36,367 bases of DNA from a virus (Duplodnaviria; Caudoviricetes): IMG/VR virus record IMGVR_UViG_3300038334_000116, positions 1 through 36,367 of that record; one strand, 5' to 3'. The notes under the pieces were generated by a model, which was not told the origin of the DNA, ran no database searches, and was given only the letters and a program-made list of their open reading frames with translations. Positions 1 to 9,422 of the stretch are shown in pieces (position 1 is the first letter of the stretch; each line of letters opens with the position of its first letter). Position numbers and translations under genes: made by a program.

Positions 1-255
1 ATGAACGTTAATCACTTAACCAAAAACGATAAAAAAAGAGGCCGGTACATCAAATCACTGCTGATTCTCCATGAAATCGAACAGCAGGCGATAGCCCTGG
101 AGAATGATGCATCCGAAGCCCTCGTATCCTATGTTGTCCGTGGCCAGCGTAAGGGGGTGGCACGGAATGGAAAAAAGATTGCCGGAATCAAGCAATCAAT
201 TGCCAGCAGACTCGGCAAGCCCGTGGAAGAACTTTTCCCGGACAAGGCCGCATAA
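1..255 (+). CDS. Ner/Cro-like HTH DNA-binding protein
   Basis: 84 aa, HTH-like QQAIALENDASEALVSYVVRG and C-terminal IASRLGKPVEELFP typical of Ner-like proteins; first gene of early operon. Confidence 0.75.
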   Translation: MNVNHLTKNDKKRGRYIKSLLILHEIEQQAIALENDASEALVSYVVRGQRKGVARNGKKIAGIKQSIASRLGKPVEELFPDKAA

Positions 256-289
256 CCTAAAGGTCACAAGTAAACCAAAGGAGGTCACA

Positions 290-562
290 ATGAACGCCGA
301 ACAATTTGAAAAACGCTTAACGGTAACCCCGCCAAAATCATTAGAGGAACTTAATTCTAACCCTTTTCTCGGTGATGAATCCACCCATAACAAATTTTCC
401 GGTTACAGCGGTGTAATCCCTGAGAACATGGCCATCCCGGTAGCTCTCTTCTTGTCGGAACAAGAGGCCATTCAATACGCAGCCGAAAAATACGGCGAAT
501 ATTCCAAAATCAAGAAATACCCAGCTTCTTCTGAATTTTCTGAAGCATTGCGCCGAGGTTGA
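290..562 (+). CDS. hypothetical protein (90 aa)
   Basis: AAGGAGG RBS before ATG at 290 within the 104..562 ORF. Confidence 0.65.
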   Translation: MNAEQFEKRLTVTPPKSLEELNSNPFLGDESTHNKFSGYSGVIPENMAIPVALFLSEQEAIQYAAEKYGEYSKIKKYPASSEFSEALRRG

Positions 563-698
563 AAAAATCCATGACGCCGACAACACCGCCACAGGAGGAA
601 CATTGGACGAACAGCAACTTGTATGCCGAATCTCTGGGCTCTGCCTCCTTCACCTCAAAGGTATGGTTCCCGCATTTCGTGCACGTCGAAGCAGCCAT
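510..698 (-). CDS. small zinc-ribbon protein (antisense to early operon)
   Basis: CTKC...CSSC motifs, AAGGAG RBS (707-712, minus strand), own sigma70-like promoter. Confidence 0.75.
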   Translation of the reverse strand: MAASTCTKCGNHTFEVKEAEPRDSAYKLLFVQCSSCGGVVGVMDFFNLGAMLQKIQKKLGIS

Positions 699-727
699 AA
701 CAACATCTCCTTTTCAAATTTGTTTTG

Positions 728-755
728 ATTATACCCAAAATTCAGGAGTTTGCAA
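728..755 (-). promoter_or_regulatory. sigma70-like promoter for the 510..698 gene
   Basis: minus strand TTGCAA (755-750), 16 nt, TATAAT (733-728). Confidence 0.6.
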
Positions 756-1240
756 TGTCAAAAACACATAAACAAATCGACACCAACCAGGTCAGCCTAT
801 TCTCGTTTTTAGAACCGGAGGCACCTCCGCAGCCGGGCAGCATGGACATCGGCATGCGGCAGCGGCACGCCATCTCGAACGCCATACAGAAGTCCGGCAA
901 AAGCCGGATCGATATCTGCGCAGGAATTTACAAACTAACCGGAAAAGAAGTGCCTAAAAGCACGCTGGATGGCTGGTCTGCCGAAAGCCGGGATCTGTCA
1001 AATGACAATCATGATTTTAACGGCAACAAACGATGGGGCATGCCCGGCGAAGTGATCCCTGCATTTTGCTGCGTGACGGGCGATTGGGAGACGCTCTTCA
1101 TACAGGTAGAGGCCTGCAATTACAAGGCGATGAAGGGAGAAGACGTTGTGCGGGCGCGTATCGGACTTCTACGGGAGAAAATAACCAAGGATACACAAGA
1201 ACTTAAGGGTCTAGAGAAAGCCCTGGTAGAAAGAAAATAA
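755..1240 (+). CDS. phage regulatory/HTH-like protein
   Basis: AGGAG RBS before ATG 755; SRIDICAGIYKLTGKEVPKSTLDGWSAES HTH-like segment, coiled-coil C-terminus; early-region position. Confidence 0.6.
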   Translation: MSKTHKQIDTNQVSLFSFLEPEAPPQPGSMDIGMRQRHAISNAIQKSGKSRIDICAGIYKLTGKEVPKSTLDGWSAESRDLSNDNHDFNGNKRWGMPGEVIPAFCCVTGDWETLFIQVEACNYKAMKGEDVVRARIGLLREKITKDTQELKGLEKALVERK

Positions 1241-1256
1241 AACAGGAGGTGAATGA

Positions 1257-1562
1257 ATGGCGGCAAAGAGTTGCAGAAAAATTGAGGTGCTGGTCGCGAC
1301 GGATGCGATCCTCAATATCCTTCAGGATCAGAGGGAGCCGGTTAGCGTTACGGACATATCCCGGTTAACCGGATTTAGCGTCGACACCGTTTTTCGTCAG
1401 ATAGGCACAATGGCGGAACTCCGATGGGTGGAGAAGATTGGAGATGGTTACGTCATCGGCATGGGGCTCGCGATCATCTGGGCGCGGCGCAAATCGCTGG
1501 CTGAGGCCAGAATTACTAATGCTACAAAAGAACTAAATGAACTTACGGGAGGCAATGAATGA
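1257..1562 (+). CDS. IclR-type winged HTH protein
   Basis: VSVTDISRLTGFSVDTVFRQIGTMAELRWVEK...YVIG; AGGAGG RBS. Confidence 0.75.
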   Translation: MAAKSCRKIEVLVATDAILNILQDQREPVSVTDISRLTGFSVDTVFRQIGTMAELRWVEKIGDGYVIGMGLAIIWARRKSLAEARITNATKELNELTGGNE

Positions 1563-2560
1563 AAAAAACGGCAGCAGATAATTTTGTAACGGCGGTATCG
1601 GAACACGCGGAATCGACGGAAATCATGAAGCGCGATTTGGAAAAGAGCGCCGAACAGATACAGAAGGACAAGGAAGCGGCTATTGCCAATGTCTATGAGA
1701 TGGCGGGAAAGATCAAGGCAACAAACTTTTTCAAGTCGCAAGCAGAATTTTTCAACCTCGTAATGCTCAAAAAAGTCAAAGATTCAAAGGAATATCGTGA
1801 GCGCTTTGGCATAACATGGGAACAATTTTGTGAGCATGTTGGAATTAATCGACGCACAATGGATCGTGCACTAGAGGATATCGCGCCCTTCCGCCAGGAA
1901 TTTTTGGACACGTTGTCCAATTATTCCGGAGTCACATTTAATAAAATCAAATATTTAGGGATGGCGGTTGATGAAAAATTGGTCAATTTGTCCGAAAATG
2001 CCATTACCTATAACGGCGAAACCATCCCCCTGGACGTCGAGCACAAAGATGAAATTCAGGCACTCCTGGAAACCCTCGAAGAAAACCACAAAAGAGAAAA
2101 AGAAGAAGCTGACACGACGATCCGGACAAAGGATCGCCTGCTCAAGGCCAAGGAAGACACGATCAACAAAATGGAGCGTGAACTCAAGCGCCTGGAAAAG
2201 ATCACGCCCAAATCGGAATTAACCGAAGAAGAGCAAGATGCCGTCAACCTGCTGCTCCAAGCCCAAAAGGATTTTCTCTCTACCATCTCCGACATCAAGA
2301 AAAAAATCGAGCCGCATAAAGCCCCGGAAATCGCTCTGCGGCAATATTACTACCTGCTTATCTTCATGCAAAAAATCACCAGCGAAGAGCGCCTGTTCCT
2401 TCAGGATGCTTATGCCGGAGCGGAAGTTGTGCCCTGGGAAATTATGGAGGAAGAACTCCCGCCCACCGACGTCCTCATCGACAATCTGCCCATGACAGCC
2501 GGAAAGGGGATCGGGGCGAAGGTAGTAGCCAAGATGGAAGAACGGAAAAATAAAAAATAA
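1559..2560 (+). CDS. DUF3102-like Mu early protein
   Basis: TWEQFCEHVGINRRTMDR HTH-like motif plus coiled coil; immediately upstream of the transposase as in Mu-like phages. Confidence 0.55.
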   Translation: MKKTAADNFVTAVSEHAESTEIMKRDLEKSAEQIQKDKEAAIANVYEMAGKIKATNFFKSQAEFFNLVMLKKVKDSKEYRERFGITWEQFCEHVGINRRTMDRALEDIAPFRQEFLDTLSNYSGVTFNKIKYLGMAVDEKLVNLSENAITYNGETIPLDVEHKDEIQALLETLEENHKREKEEADTTIRTKDRLLKAKEDTINKMERELKRLEKITPKSELTEEEQDAVNLLLQAQKDFLSTISDIKKKIEPHKAPEIALRQYYYLLIFMQKITSEERLFLQDAYAGAEVVPWEIMEEELPPTDVLIDNLPMTAGKGIGAKVVAKMEERKNKK

Positions 2561-2572
2561 CAAGGATATATC

Positions 2573-4369
2573 ATGGCAGTCGCGGCATCTATTCTTAATC
2601 ACGTTGAAACGAGTTTGCGTGATCTCTCACCACAAGAGGCGTCGCAAAAAATAACTGAACTGGCGGCATATTATAATGTGGCAAGAGGCAGCGTCAACCG
2701 GTGGGCGGCACAGTGTGGCATTCGCTTTCGCAAGGAGCGGACTGATAAAGGCAACTCGAAGGCCACTCGCGATGTATGTTTAGGCGTCTCGACGCTGCTT
2801 TTAACCTCGCGCCGGGTGTCGAACAAAATACCGCTTCCCGCTTGTGACGCCATGCAAATTATGGAGGATTCCGGCCTGGAGACCGGCGGCGTATCGACTC
2901 CCTGGATGCGGGCAAGGCTTCGGCAGGAACGGTTAGCTGCCAAAGATCTGACCGCACCGTCCCCACACGTTCGTCTTTTGTCCGACCACCCGAACCATGT
3001 CTGGCAATTCGACGTCACTAACTGCCTGCAATATTTTCTGGATAAAAAAGGGATGGGCGAACGCGACACTGAAATGACCATGTACGCCAATAAGGTTGTC
3101 GAGACAGTAAAAACTATAAAAAAACAATTGCTCCGGTATGCAGTCGTTGATCACTGCTCCGGAGCATTTTTCATGCAATACTTCTACGCATCAGGTGAAC
3201 GGGCGGCAGACGGCGCGGAGTTTCTTTTCCGGTCTATGCGCCCAAAGGACGAACTGATCAAAAAGACGTGGAATGGGCAATCCGGCACGAAGTTAGGCAA
3301 ATACCGTTTCCACGGTGTCCCTTTCATCCTGGTTGCCGACCGGGGCTCCATCGTGTCGGCGAAAGCCAACCAGGCCTTATTTGATTATCTGAGAATTAAA
3401 CTCGAACCGCACATGCCCGGCAATCCACGCGCGAAGGGTGCAATCGAAGGCCTGATGCATCACATCAATCGTTTTGAGGCCCGGCTGAAATTCCAGCGCC
3501 CTTCCGACCTGGATGAACTCAACCGTTGGGCGCTGGATTGGTGCATCGGTGTCAATGCCTCAGTCAAGATGCGGGGCATCGCACCGCGCTCAGTCTTCTG
3601 GTCATATATAACACCCGAACAACTGCGTCTTTGTCCGGAAGAAACAATTTACCGGATGGGAATCAAGGAACCGACCATCGAACGGACTGCCTGTGGAGAC
3701 CGGACTATCAGCGTGGATAATCGTTCTTATCAAATTCCTGATCCCCAGGTTTATGCAGGCCAGAAAGTCAACGTAGTTCGCCATCCCTATGAATACCCGA
3801 ACATTGAAGTACATTGCAATGGCTTCGTCTGGCTTTGCGAACCGATACCGGAAGATCGTTACGGACGCCTCACCAACGGCGTCGCCTACGGTACCTATAA
3901 ATCACCGAAACACACCGAAACGCAAAAAGCTAAAACCGAAATGGAAAAGAAAGCCGCTGAACTGGGCATTACCTGGAAAGGCACCGGAGACAAGCGCATG
4001 GCCGTAGCGCCTCCGGTGGGGTTTGTTTCCCCCCTTACGGTATTCGGCCATCAGGCGGACAAGGTCGGTAATCTGGAATTTATCGAACGCAAAGGAACTC
4101 CACTTGATGTCCGGGAACCAGAAGCACCGGTCAATCCGGCAATCACGGCGGACGCGGCGGAAGTACCCAGATCGGTTGCCCGGAGGATCTCAATTACAGA
4201 ATTATTAAATCGCCTGCATACGGAGATCGGTCGCATCCGACCGGAACTCAACGTGGAGCTACGCTCAAAATTCGAAAACGGCATTGAAATAAAAGAAGCG
4301 GAGGAGGTGATCGAGGCGATAACAGAGGGCAGATGGCAAGTAGAACAAAGACTGAGGGCCGAAGGCTGA
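2573..4369 (+). CDS. MuA-like DDE transposase (integrase core)
   Basis: N-terminal HTH; HPNHVWQFD, AVVDHCSG, VADRGS and PGNPRAKGAIE catalytic D-D-E motifs. Confidence 0.93.
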   Translation: MAVAASILNHVETSLRDLSPQEASQKITELAAYYNVARGSVNRWAAQCGIRFRKERTDKGNSKATRDVCLGVSTLLLTSRRVSNKIPLPACDAMQIMEDSGLETGGVSTPWMRARLRQERLAAKDLTAPSPHVRLLSDHPNHVWQFDVTNCLQYFLDKKGMGERDTEMTMYANKVVETVKTIKKQLLRYAVVDHCSGAFFMQYFYASGERAADGAEFLFRSMRPKDELIKKTWNGQSGTKLGKYRFHGVPFILVADRGSIVSAKANQALFDYLRIKLEPHMPGNPRAKGAIEGLMHHINRFEARLKFQRPSDLDELNRWALDWCIGVNASVKMRGIAPRSVFWSYITPEQLRLCPEETIYRMGIKEPTIERTACGDRTISVDNRSYQIPDPQVYAGQKVNVVRHPYEYPNIEVHCNGFVWLCEPIPEDRYGRLTNGVAYGTYKSPKHTETQKAKTEMEKKAAELGITWKGTGDKRMAVAPPVGFVSPLTVFGHQADKVGNLEFIERKGTPLDVREPEAPVNPAITADAAEVPRSVARRISITELLNRLHTEIGRIRPELNVELRSKFENGIEIKEAEEVIEAITEGRWQVEQRLRAEG

Positions 4370-4403
4370 AGGTAAAAGCCTAATAGCCATCAGTCTTCAG
4401 TCT
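4349..4403. repeat. heptamer-based imperfect inverted repeat (REP-like)
   Basis: AGACTGAGGGCCGAAGGCTGAAGG ... GCCATCAGTCTTCAGTCT; contains the transposase stop codon. Confidence 0.45.
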
Positions 4404-4420
4404 AATTCAAGGAGGTGAAT

Positions 4421-5668
4421 GTGGCAAGACCAAAGGTGAATGAATGTACAGCCTACCAGTTGGAATTTAAACCAATACTTTTAAAGGAACTGTGCGTCGA
4501 CTGCGGGATCAGCCAGACGCGGATCGGCAAGGCGACCAACCTTAGCCGGTCGTCGATCAACCTTGCCCTGAATCGCGGTTATTTGCCGAAAGAACCGGAT
4601 TTTAAAAGCAAGGTCGAGGCGGAGATTGAAGATGACCGGCGCGCGGCACAGTGGCTGATAGAGCGGAATTTGCGAGTGGAAGATATCTGGAATCCGCTGG
4701 GCAAAGATTTGCGTAATGTATCCCCGGCAGCGGACAATCAGAAAATGTGGGCGACACGGAAACAACCGGCAATGGTGCCGGGAAACCCGGAACAAATAAC
4801 AATCAATATGGAGGTGGAGATGATTAGTCAGGAAGCAATGAAGCATTTTAAGATTTTCAGGAATCCTTTCATTGACGACATTCAAAAGGATTCGGACATT
4901 TTCATGAGCGAAGAACATCGGTACATCGAAGCGGCCATGATCGACGCCGCAAGGCACGGCGGATTTCTGGCCGTCATCGGCGAGGTCGGGAGCGGTAAAT
5001 CCGTTATGCGCCGGAAAGTTGTCGAGCAGCTTAAGAAGGACGGCGATGTCATCGTCATTTTTCCGCAAATGATCGACAAGACGCGGGTGAACGCCGCCAG
5101 CATCTGCGACGCCATCATTATGGATTTGTCGGAATCCAAACCATCCATGAAGCTGGAGGCTAAAACACGGCAGGTGCACAAACTCTTACTGGAGCGCGCA
5201 AAACAGGGCTTTCGCTCTGTTTTAATAGTCGAGGAGGCCCATGACCTGCACACTAATACATTGAAGTACCTAAAGCGTTTCTATGAGCTGGAAGACGGCT
5301 ATCGCAAGCTACTCGGGATCATCCTTGTCGGCCAGACGGAACTGAAAAACCTCTTTAATGAACAGGCCCATATCGAAATGCGGGAAGTTATCCGCCGCAT
5401 CCAAACAGCGGAAATCAAGGGGCTCAACGGCAACACAAAAGATTATCTGAATATGAAATTCAAGCGGATCGGGGCCAAGGTGGACGATATATTTGAAGAT
5501 GGGGCGTTTAAGGCACTGACGCAACGCCTGACAACCAAGGATCGCCGCAATCAGTCCATCAGCCACGCCTATCCTCTGATCGTAAATAACTATGCGGCCA
5601 AGGCCATGAACATGGCCTATGAAATGGGTGAAAAGAAGGTCACGGAAGCAGTGGTGATGGCGATTTAA
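4421..5668 (+). CDS. MuB/ExeA-like AAA+ transposition ATPase with N-terminal HTH
   Basis: Walker A GEVGSGKS, Walker B LIVEEAH, IILVGQ; HTH ISQTRIGKATNLSRSSIN; GGAGG RBS favours GTG at 4421. Confidence 0.92.
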   Translation: MARPKVNECTAYQLEFKPILLKELCVDCGISQTRIGKATNLSRSSINLALNRGYLPKEPDFKSKVEAEIEDDRRAAQWLIERNLRVEDIWNPLGKDLRNVSPAADNQKMWATRKQPAMVPGNPEQITINMEVEMISQEAMKHFKIFRNPFIDDIQKDSDIFMSEEHRYIEAAMIDAARHGGFLAVIGEVGSGKSVMRRKVVEQLKKDGDVIVIFPQMIDKTRVNAASICDAIIMDLSESKPSMKLEAKTRQVHKLLLERAKQGFRSVLIVEEAHDLHTNTLKYLKRFYELEDGYRKLLGIILVGQTELKNLFNEQAHIEMREVIRRIQTAEIKGLNGNTKDYLNMKFKRIGAKVDDIFEDGAFKALTQRLTTKDRRNQSISHAYPLIVNNYAAKAMNMAYEMGEKKVTEAVVMAI

Positions 5669-5674
5669 ACATTG

Positions 5675-5701
5675 TGTCATTCCGGCGGAGGCCGGAATCC
5701 A
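5675..5701. repeat. TGTCATTCC..GGAATCCA palindromic repeat, copy 1
   Basis: perfect 8-bp stem ATTCCGGC/GCCGGAAT; same flanks as the copy at 14713-14742. Confidence 0.65.
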
Positions 5702-5714
5702 GGAAGGAGATCGT

Positions 5715-5990
5715 ATGGGAGCATTACCAAGACTTAAAAAGAAGATCGATCTGAAGTATCGCAAGGGATCGATGGATGAGGGCCGCAACTGCAAGCACTG
5801 CAAATCGTTCATATCCGATTATCAGGTGATCGGTATCGGCGGCGTGGAACTTGGCATTGAGCCGCGCTGCAAAATATTCGGTACGAATTCTTCGCGGCGA
5901 TACCGGGTCCGTCCGGATCACACCTGTGACGCACAGGTCCGTGACGATGCAAAATGCTGGTGGTTAAAAAAAGGAGCGTCCAATGTTTAA
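5715..5990 (+). CDS. Cys-rich hypothetical protein
   Basis: AAGGAG RBS; CKHC...C...C pattern. Confidence 0.7.
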   Translation: MGALPRLKKKIDLKYRKGSMDEGRNCKHCKSFISDYQVIGIGGVELGIEPRCKIFGTNSSRRYRVRPDHTCDAQVRDDAKCWWLKKGASNV

Positions 5991-6135
5991 ACGATTTATT
6001 CTCTATATCGAACAGGCGCCCTGGGATGAAGAATTGGAACGGCAGGAGAAATGGCTCAACAGGTTCTGTTGGGCTGTGATCGGGTTGGCGATAATTTATT
6101 TTGGGCCGGTGTGCCTGTGGATATTTTTGAGGTGA
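5983..6135 (+). CDS. small membrane protein (50 aa, below ORF-track cutoff)
   Basis: AAGGAG RBS; MFKRFILYIEQAPWDEELERQEKWLNRFCWAVIGLAIIYFGPVCLWIFLR, hydrophobic C-terminus. Confidence 0.65.
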   Translation: MFKRFILYIEQAPWDEELERQEKWLNRFCWAVIGLAIIYFGPVCLWIFLR

Positions 6136-6137
6136 TT

Positions 6138-6353
6138 ATGACTAAACAAGAACGAAGATGGGCAAAACCGAAGGTGCCGCGTCGAACCATCAAACAGCTC
6201 ACACTCTTTGCGGGGATAGCGAGCAAATCACAGAACGGCAATGGATTCCATTGTCGGCTGAAAAATCAACGGATCGACACGGCGGTATGCATTGTACATC
6301 AAACCCGCGAGCCAAACAAGTGCTTTGGCTGCGGACAATTTAAGAAAGGATAA
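6138..6353 (+). CDS. small Cys-containing hypothetical protein
   Basis: GAGGTG RBS before ATG 6138; C...C...CFGC. Confidence 0.6.
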   Translation: MTKQERRWAKPKVPRRTIKQLTLFAGIASKSQNGNGFHCRLKNQRIDTAVCIVHQTREPNKCFGCGQFKKG

Positions 6354-6357
6354 AATC

Positions 6358-6888
6358 ATGAATTTAATCGATATCGAAAAATTGACTAAGACATTTGCGG
6401 ATGCGCGGCAACTGCTGGCGGATCGTGTCCGTGGTTTGGAAGAAGAATTGCAAACCATTAAACGCCGTAGGATGCCCGGCATCAGGAGTGCCGTCAATAC
6501 CGTTATGGAACACCATGTGGAACTCAAAGCAGCCGTGGAAGAAAGCAGTAGCCTGTTTATCAGACCGAAAACAATCATTCTGCACGGCGTAAAAGTCGGC
6601 TTTCAAAAGGCAAAGGGAAAACTTTCCTGGAACGATGATGCCCAGGTCGTCAGACTAATCAAAAAACATTTTCCTGATCAGGAAGACATCCTGATTAAAA
6701 AAACCGAAAAGCCGAGCAAGGATGCCCTGATGAATCTGCCCGCCGCCGACCTGAAAAAGATCGGCGTTACGGTGAATGAAACAGGCGACCAGGTCGTGAT
6801 CAAATCAACGGATAGCGAAATTGACAAATTCGTCGATGCCCTCCTGAAAGAAGAAAATCCGGAAGGTAAGGCAGAGGAGGCAGCATAG
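6358..6888 (+). CDS. gam: Gam-like host-nuclease inhibitor (DNA end protection)
   Basis: N-terminal coiled coil then KTIILHGVKVGFQK and KTEKPSKDAL...KIGVTV pattern; Mu semi-essential position. Confidence 0.7.
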   Translation: MNLIDIEKLTKTFADARQLLADRVRGLEEELQTIKRRRMPGIRSAVNTVMEHHVELKAAVEESSSLFIRPKTIILHGVKVGFQKAKGKLSWNDDAQVVRLIKKHFPDQEDILIKKTEKPSKDALMNLPAADLKKIGVTVNETGDQVVIKSTDSEIDKFVDALLKEENPEGKAEEAA

Positions 6889-6889
6889 T

Positions 6890-7072
6890 ATGATACGCCT
6901 TGTCATTGTGGTGATTATCGCTTTTGTTCTTGGTCTGGCCTGGGGCGCGGGCATCATGAGCATGATGCAGAGAAACACCTCGCTGTTTGTACAAGGTGTT
7001 AAAGGTAAAATACGATGCAATGTGCCGTGGCCCGATCCGCCCTCGCCTGACGATTCGCGGGAGGGCAAATAG
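6890..7072 (+). CDS. small membrane protein
   Basis: GGAGG RBS; N-terminal hydrophobic helix. Confidence 0.55.
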   Translation: MIRLVIVVIIAFVLGLAWGAGIMSMMQRNTSLFVQGVKGKIRCNVPWPDPPSPDDSREGK

Positions 7073-7426
7073 ATGCCGGTATTTAATTTTTTAAAGCAAT
7101 TTGCAGATAAGGTCGAGCGTGGAGAAAAGCGCCAAACCATTCGGGCTAAACGCCGGGATGGTCGAAATTCCCGTGTCGGTGATAAATTGTATCTTTATAC
7201 CGGGATGAGAACGAAGAGCTGCCGGAAATTGGGCGCAGTAATTTGCACATCAGTCCAGCAGATTACCATTGATAGGCATGGCATCAACATTGACGGCGTG
7301 TGGCTACTGCGCCAAGAAGAGGTCCAATTAGCCATTGCCGACGGATTTGAGGGTATTTATGAAATGAAATGTTTCTTTAACAAGGAGCACGGCCTGCCCT
7401 TTGAAGGCCTGCTTTATAAATGGTGA
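7073..7426 (+). CDS. ASCH/PUA-domain protein
   Basis: GEKRQTIR...VGDKLYLYTGMRTK...AIADGF signature. Confidence 0.75.
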   Translation: MPVFNFLKQFADKVERGEKRQTIRAKRRDGRNSRVGDKLYLYTGMRTKSCRKLGAVICTSVQQITIDRHGINIDGVWLLRQEEVQLAIADGFEGIYEMKCFFNKEHGLPFEGLLYKW

Positions 7427-7429
7427 TCT

Positions 7430-7933
7430 ATGAAACTTGTTTGCCCTAGTTGCGGTGCCACAGCCAGTGCGGAAGCCTGGACGAATGATACGGCAATCCG
7501 TTACACCTTTGAAGTCCTGGTGCAGTTGCCCTCTCCGGTGCTGCGCCAGAGCCTCTCTTACCTGGGATTATTCCGCCAGGGAACAAAGGCGCTGCCCTGG
7601 CGTCGTGCTCTGGCGGTAGCTAAAAGTCTGAAGGATCTGGTCGAAACGGGAACCGTCCACTGGCAGGGAGGCGAGACGCGGCCCTGCAATGCGGAAATAT
7701 GGGGCAAGGCAATCGAGGCCACATTAGCATCCGGCCCGAAGGGACTCAAAAATCATAATTATTTAAGAAAATGCGCCTGGGAGATGGCGGCGGAACTTGC
7801 CGCAAAGATGGAAAATGACCGTGAAGCAGCCCGGCAGAAGCGCGGACGCGATGTTGATGAAGAGCCCGCGCTTCTTTCCGAGACCGCCCAAAAAGCAATT
7901 GAAAAATTAAAGAGATCATGGGGTGAAAAATGA
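7430..7933 (+). CDS. hypothetical protein with N-terminal CPSCG knuckle
   Basis: coupled ORF; YLGLFR and LKNHNYL motifs resemble Mu-like semi-essential proteins. Confidence 0.65.
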   Translation: MKLVCPSCGATASAEAWTNDTAIRYTFEVLVQLPSPVLRQSLSYLGLFRQGTKALPWRRALAVAKSLKDLVETGTVHWQGGETRPCNAEIWGKAIEATLASGPKGLKNHNYLRKCAWEMAAELAAKMENDREAARQKRGRDVDEEPALLSETAQKAIEKLKRSWGEK

Positions 7934-8433
7934 TATATAGAGCGGCGCTTCCAGTCCGGAGGATTGAATCTCTCCAGATCAAAATGATTCACACGGCAGT
8001 AGCGAAACTGAGCCTTTCCGATGATGAATATAGAGATATCCTTCAGGGACATTTCAAGGTGTCATCCAGTACCGAATTAAACTACTTTCAAGCGAGTAAA
8101 CTGATCGACTATTTCAAAACTTTAGGTTTCAAAATTCCCAAGAGAAAGAGATTCACTCCCGGAACACCGTCAAAGCAGGATTACATATCGATACCTCGCA
8201 AAAACAGGCCACCGAATGTGTTTGTATTACCATCGCGGGATCAACTGGAAATGGTCGATGCTCTTGCCGGGAAGATCAAATGGCTGGTTGAGGATGGCTT
8301 TCAGCGGTGGTTGCAAAAATATTTTAAGATCACTAAAATTAAAACTGAATGGGAAGCTTCTAACGTCATCGAGGGATTGAAAAAGATGCTCGATCATCAA
8401 ATTGACGGAGACGATCAATGCAAGAATGGTTGA
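7930..8433 (+). CDS. gemA: GemA / gp16 (DUF1018) family protein
   Basis: IKMIHTAVAKLSLSDDEYRDIL...SSSTEL and ASNVIEGLKKM motifs; upstream of Mor. Confidence 0.85.
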   Translation: MIYRAALPVRRIESLQIKMIHTAVAKLSLSDDEYRDILQGHFKVSSSTELNYFQASKLIDYFKTLGFKIPKRKRFTPGTPSKQDYISIPRKNRPPNVFVLPSRDQLEMVDALAGKIKWLVEDGFQRWLQKYFKITKIKTEWEASNVIEGLKKMLDHQIDGDDQCKNG

Positions 8434-8741
8434 AAGACCTGGCCAAGGAGATGACCGTTGATAATCTGCCCGAATCCTACCAGGACATTGCGCAGATCAT
8501 TGGCATCGAGGCAACGCTGCAATTGAGCGAATACCTGGGCGGATCGCGTTTCTATTTCCGCAAGATTGACGGCCTGCTTATGGACAAGCGGGATGAACGC
8601 ATACGCGCAGAGTTCACCGGCTTCAATCACATAGAACTGGCCCGGCGCTATGGATTGACGGAGACGCGCATTCGTGATATCTTGCAACGCAAGACACGAT
8701 TGACACAATGCAGTCTATTCAGAGATGGAGACGAAGATTGA
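8418..8741 (+). CDS. mor: Mor/C family transcription activator
   Basis: LSEYLGGSRFYF, RDERIRAEFTGFNHIELARRYGLTETRIRDIL. Confidence 0.9.
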   Translation: MQEWLKDLAKEMTVDNLPESYQDIAQIIGIEATLQLSEYLGGSRFYFRKIDGLLMDKRDERIRAEFTGFNHIELARRYGLTETRIRDILQRKTRLTQCSLFRDGDED

Positions 8742-8778
8742 CCATCTGAAAATACTGCTCATAATATCAGTATCCAGC

Positions 8779-8810
8779 CCCTCCTCGCGCGCGCGAAGAG
8801 GGTTTTCTTT
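8779..8810 (+). terminator. intrinsic terminator ending the early/middle operon
   Basis: CCCTCCTCGCG-CG-CGCGAAGAGGG stem followed by TTTTCTTT. Confidence 0.65.
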
Positions 8811-8981
8811 GGCTGCTTTTCTCAAGTGCTTTGGTAGTTTCCCTTTTTTAAATCCTTTACAGTCGCCCCTACATTCACCTCCATCGGAAGCCTGACCCGG
8901 TTTTTACCGGACGACGGACTCACCCACCGTCTCCGGTCAAACCGGCAGGCCCCACCCGGAGGCATGTTTTAAAGGATTGCT

Positions 8982-9422
8982 GTGAAAGAGAACTTTGACA
9001 AGGCTTTTTTATGGACGATTGGTGCGGAAGGCAAACCCACTGACGACCCCCATGATCCGGGCGGCTTTACCATCTGGGGGCTGGCCAAACGCTACCACGC
9101 CGCAATCAGCAAAGACACGACAATCGAATATGCCAAGGAAGTATATCGCAAGGAGTACTGGGATGCAATCAATGGCGACTCCATGCCTTATCCTCTCGAT
9201 ATTGCCGCCTTCGACTGCGCCGTCAATCCTGGACTGGGCGTTGCCCTGCGCCTCTTAAATCAAACAAACGACTGGCAGGACTTGATGATCCTGCGGCTCA
9301 AATATTATTCGGAATTAGTCCGGAAGAACCCGGACAAACTGCGCTACTTCCGGGGCTGGGCCAACCGGGTGCTGAATTTGTGGGACATGATTAAGAAGAG
9401 CGACGAGAAGGAGGCAAAATGA
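8982..9422 (+). CDS. endolysin, glycoside hydrolase family 108
   Basis: AEGKPTDDPHDPGGFTIWGL, YRKEYW, FDCAVNPG, RGWANRV. Confidence 0.9.
   Translation: MKENFDKAFLWTIGAEGKPTDDPHDPGGFTIWGLAKRYHAAISKDTTIEYAKEVYRKEYWDAINGDSMPYPLDIAAFDCAVNPGLGVALRLLNQTNDWQDLMILRLKYYSELVRKNPDKLRYFRGWANRVLNLWDMIKKSDEKEAK

Noticed and set aside
104-289. Upstream extension of the 152-aa ORF
   Set aside because: Overlaps the Ner-like gene; the strong RBS points to ATG 290
8738-8765. TTGACC-N16-CATAAT possible promoter
   Set aside because: Points straight into the terminator at 8779; late promoters here should be Mor/C-dependent; may be chance
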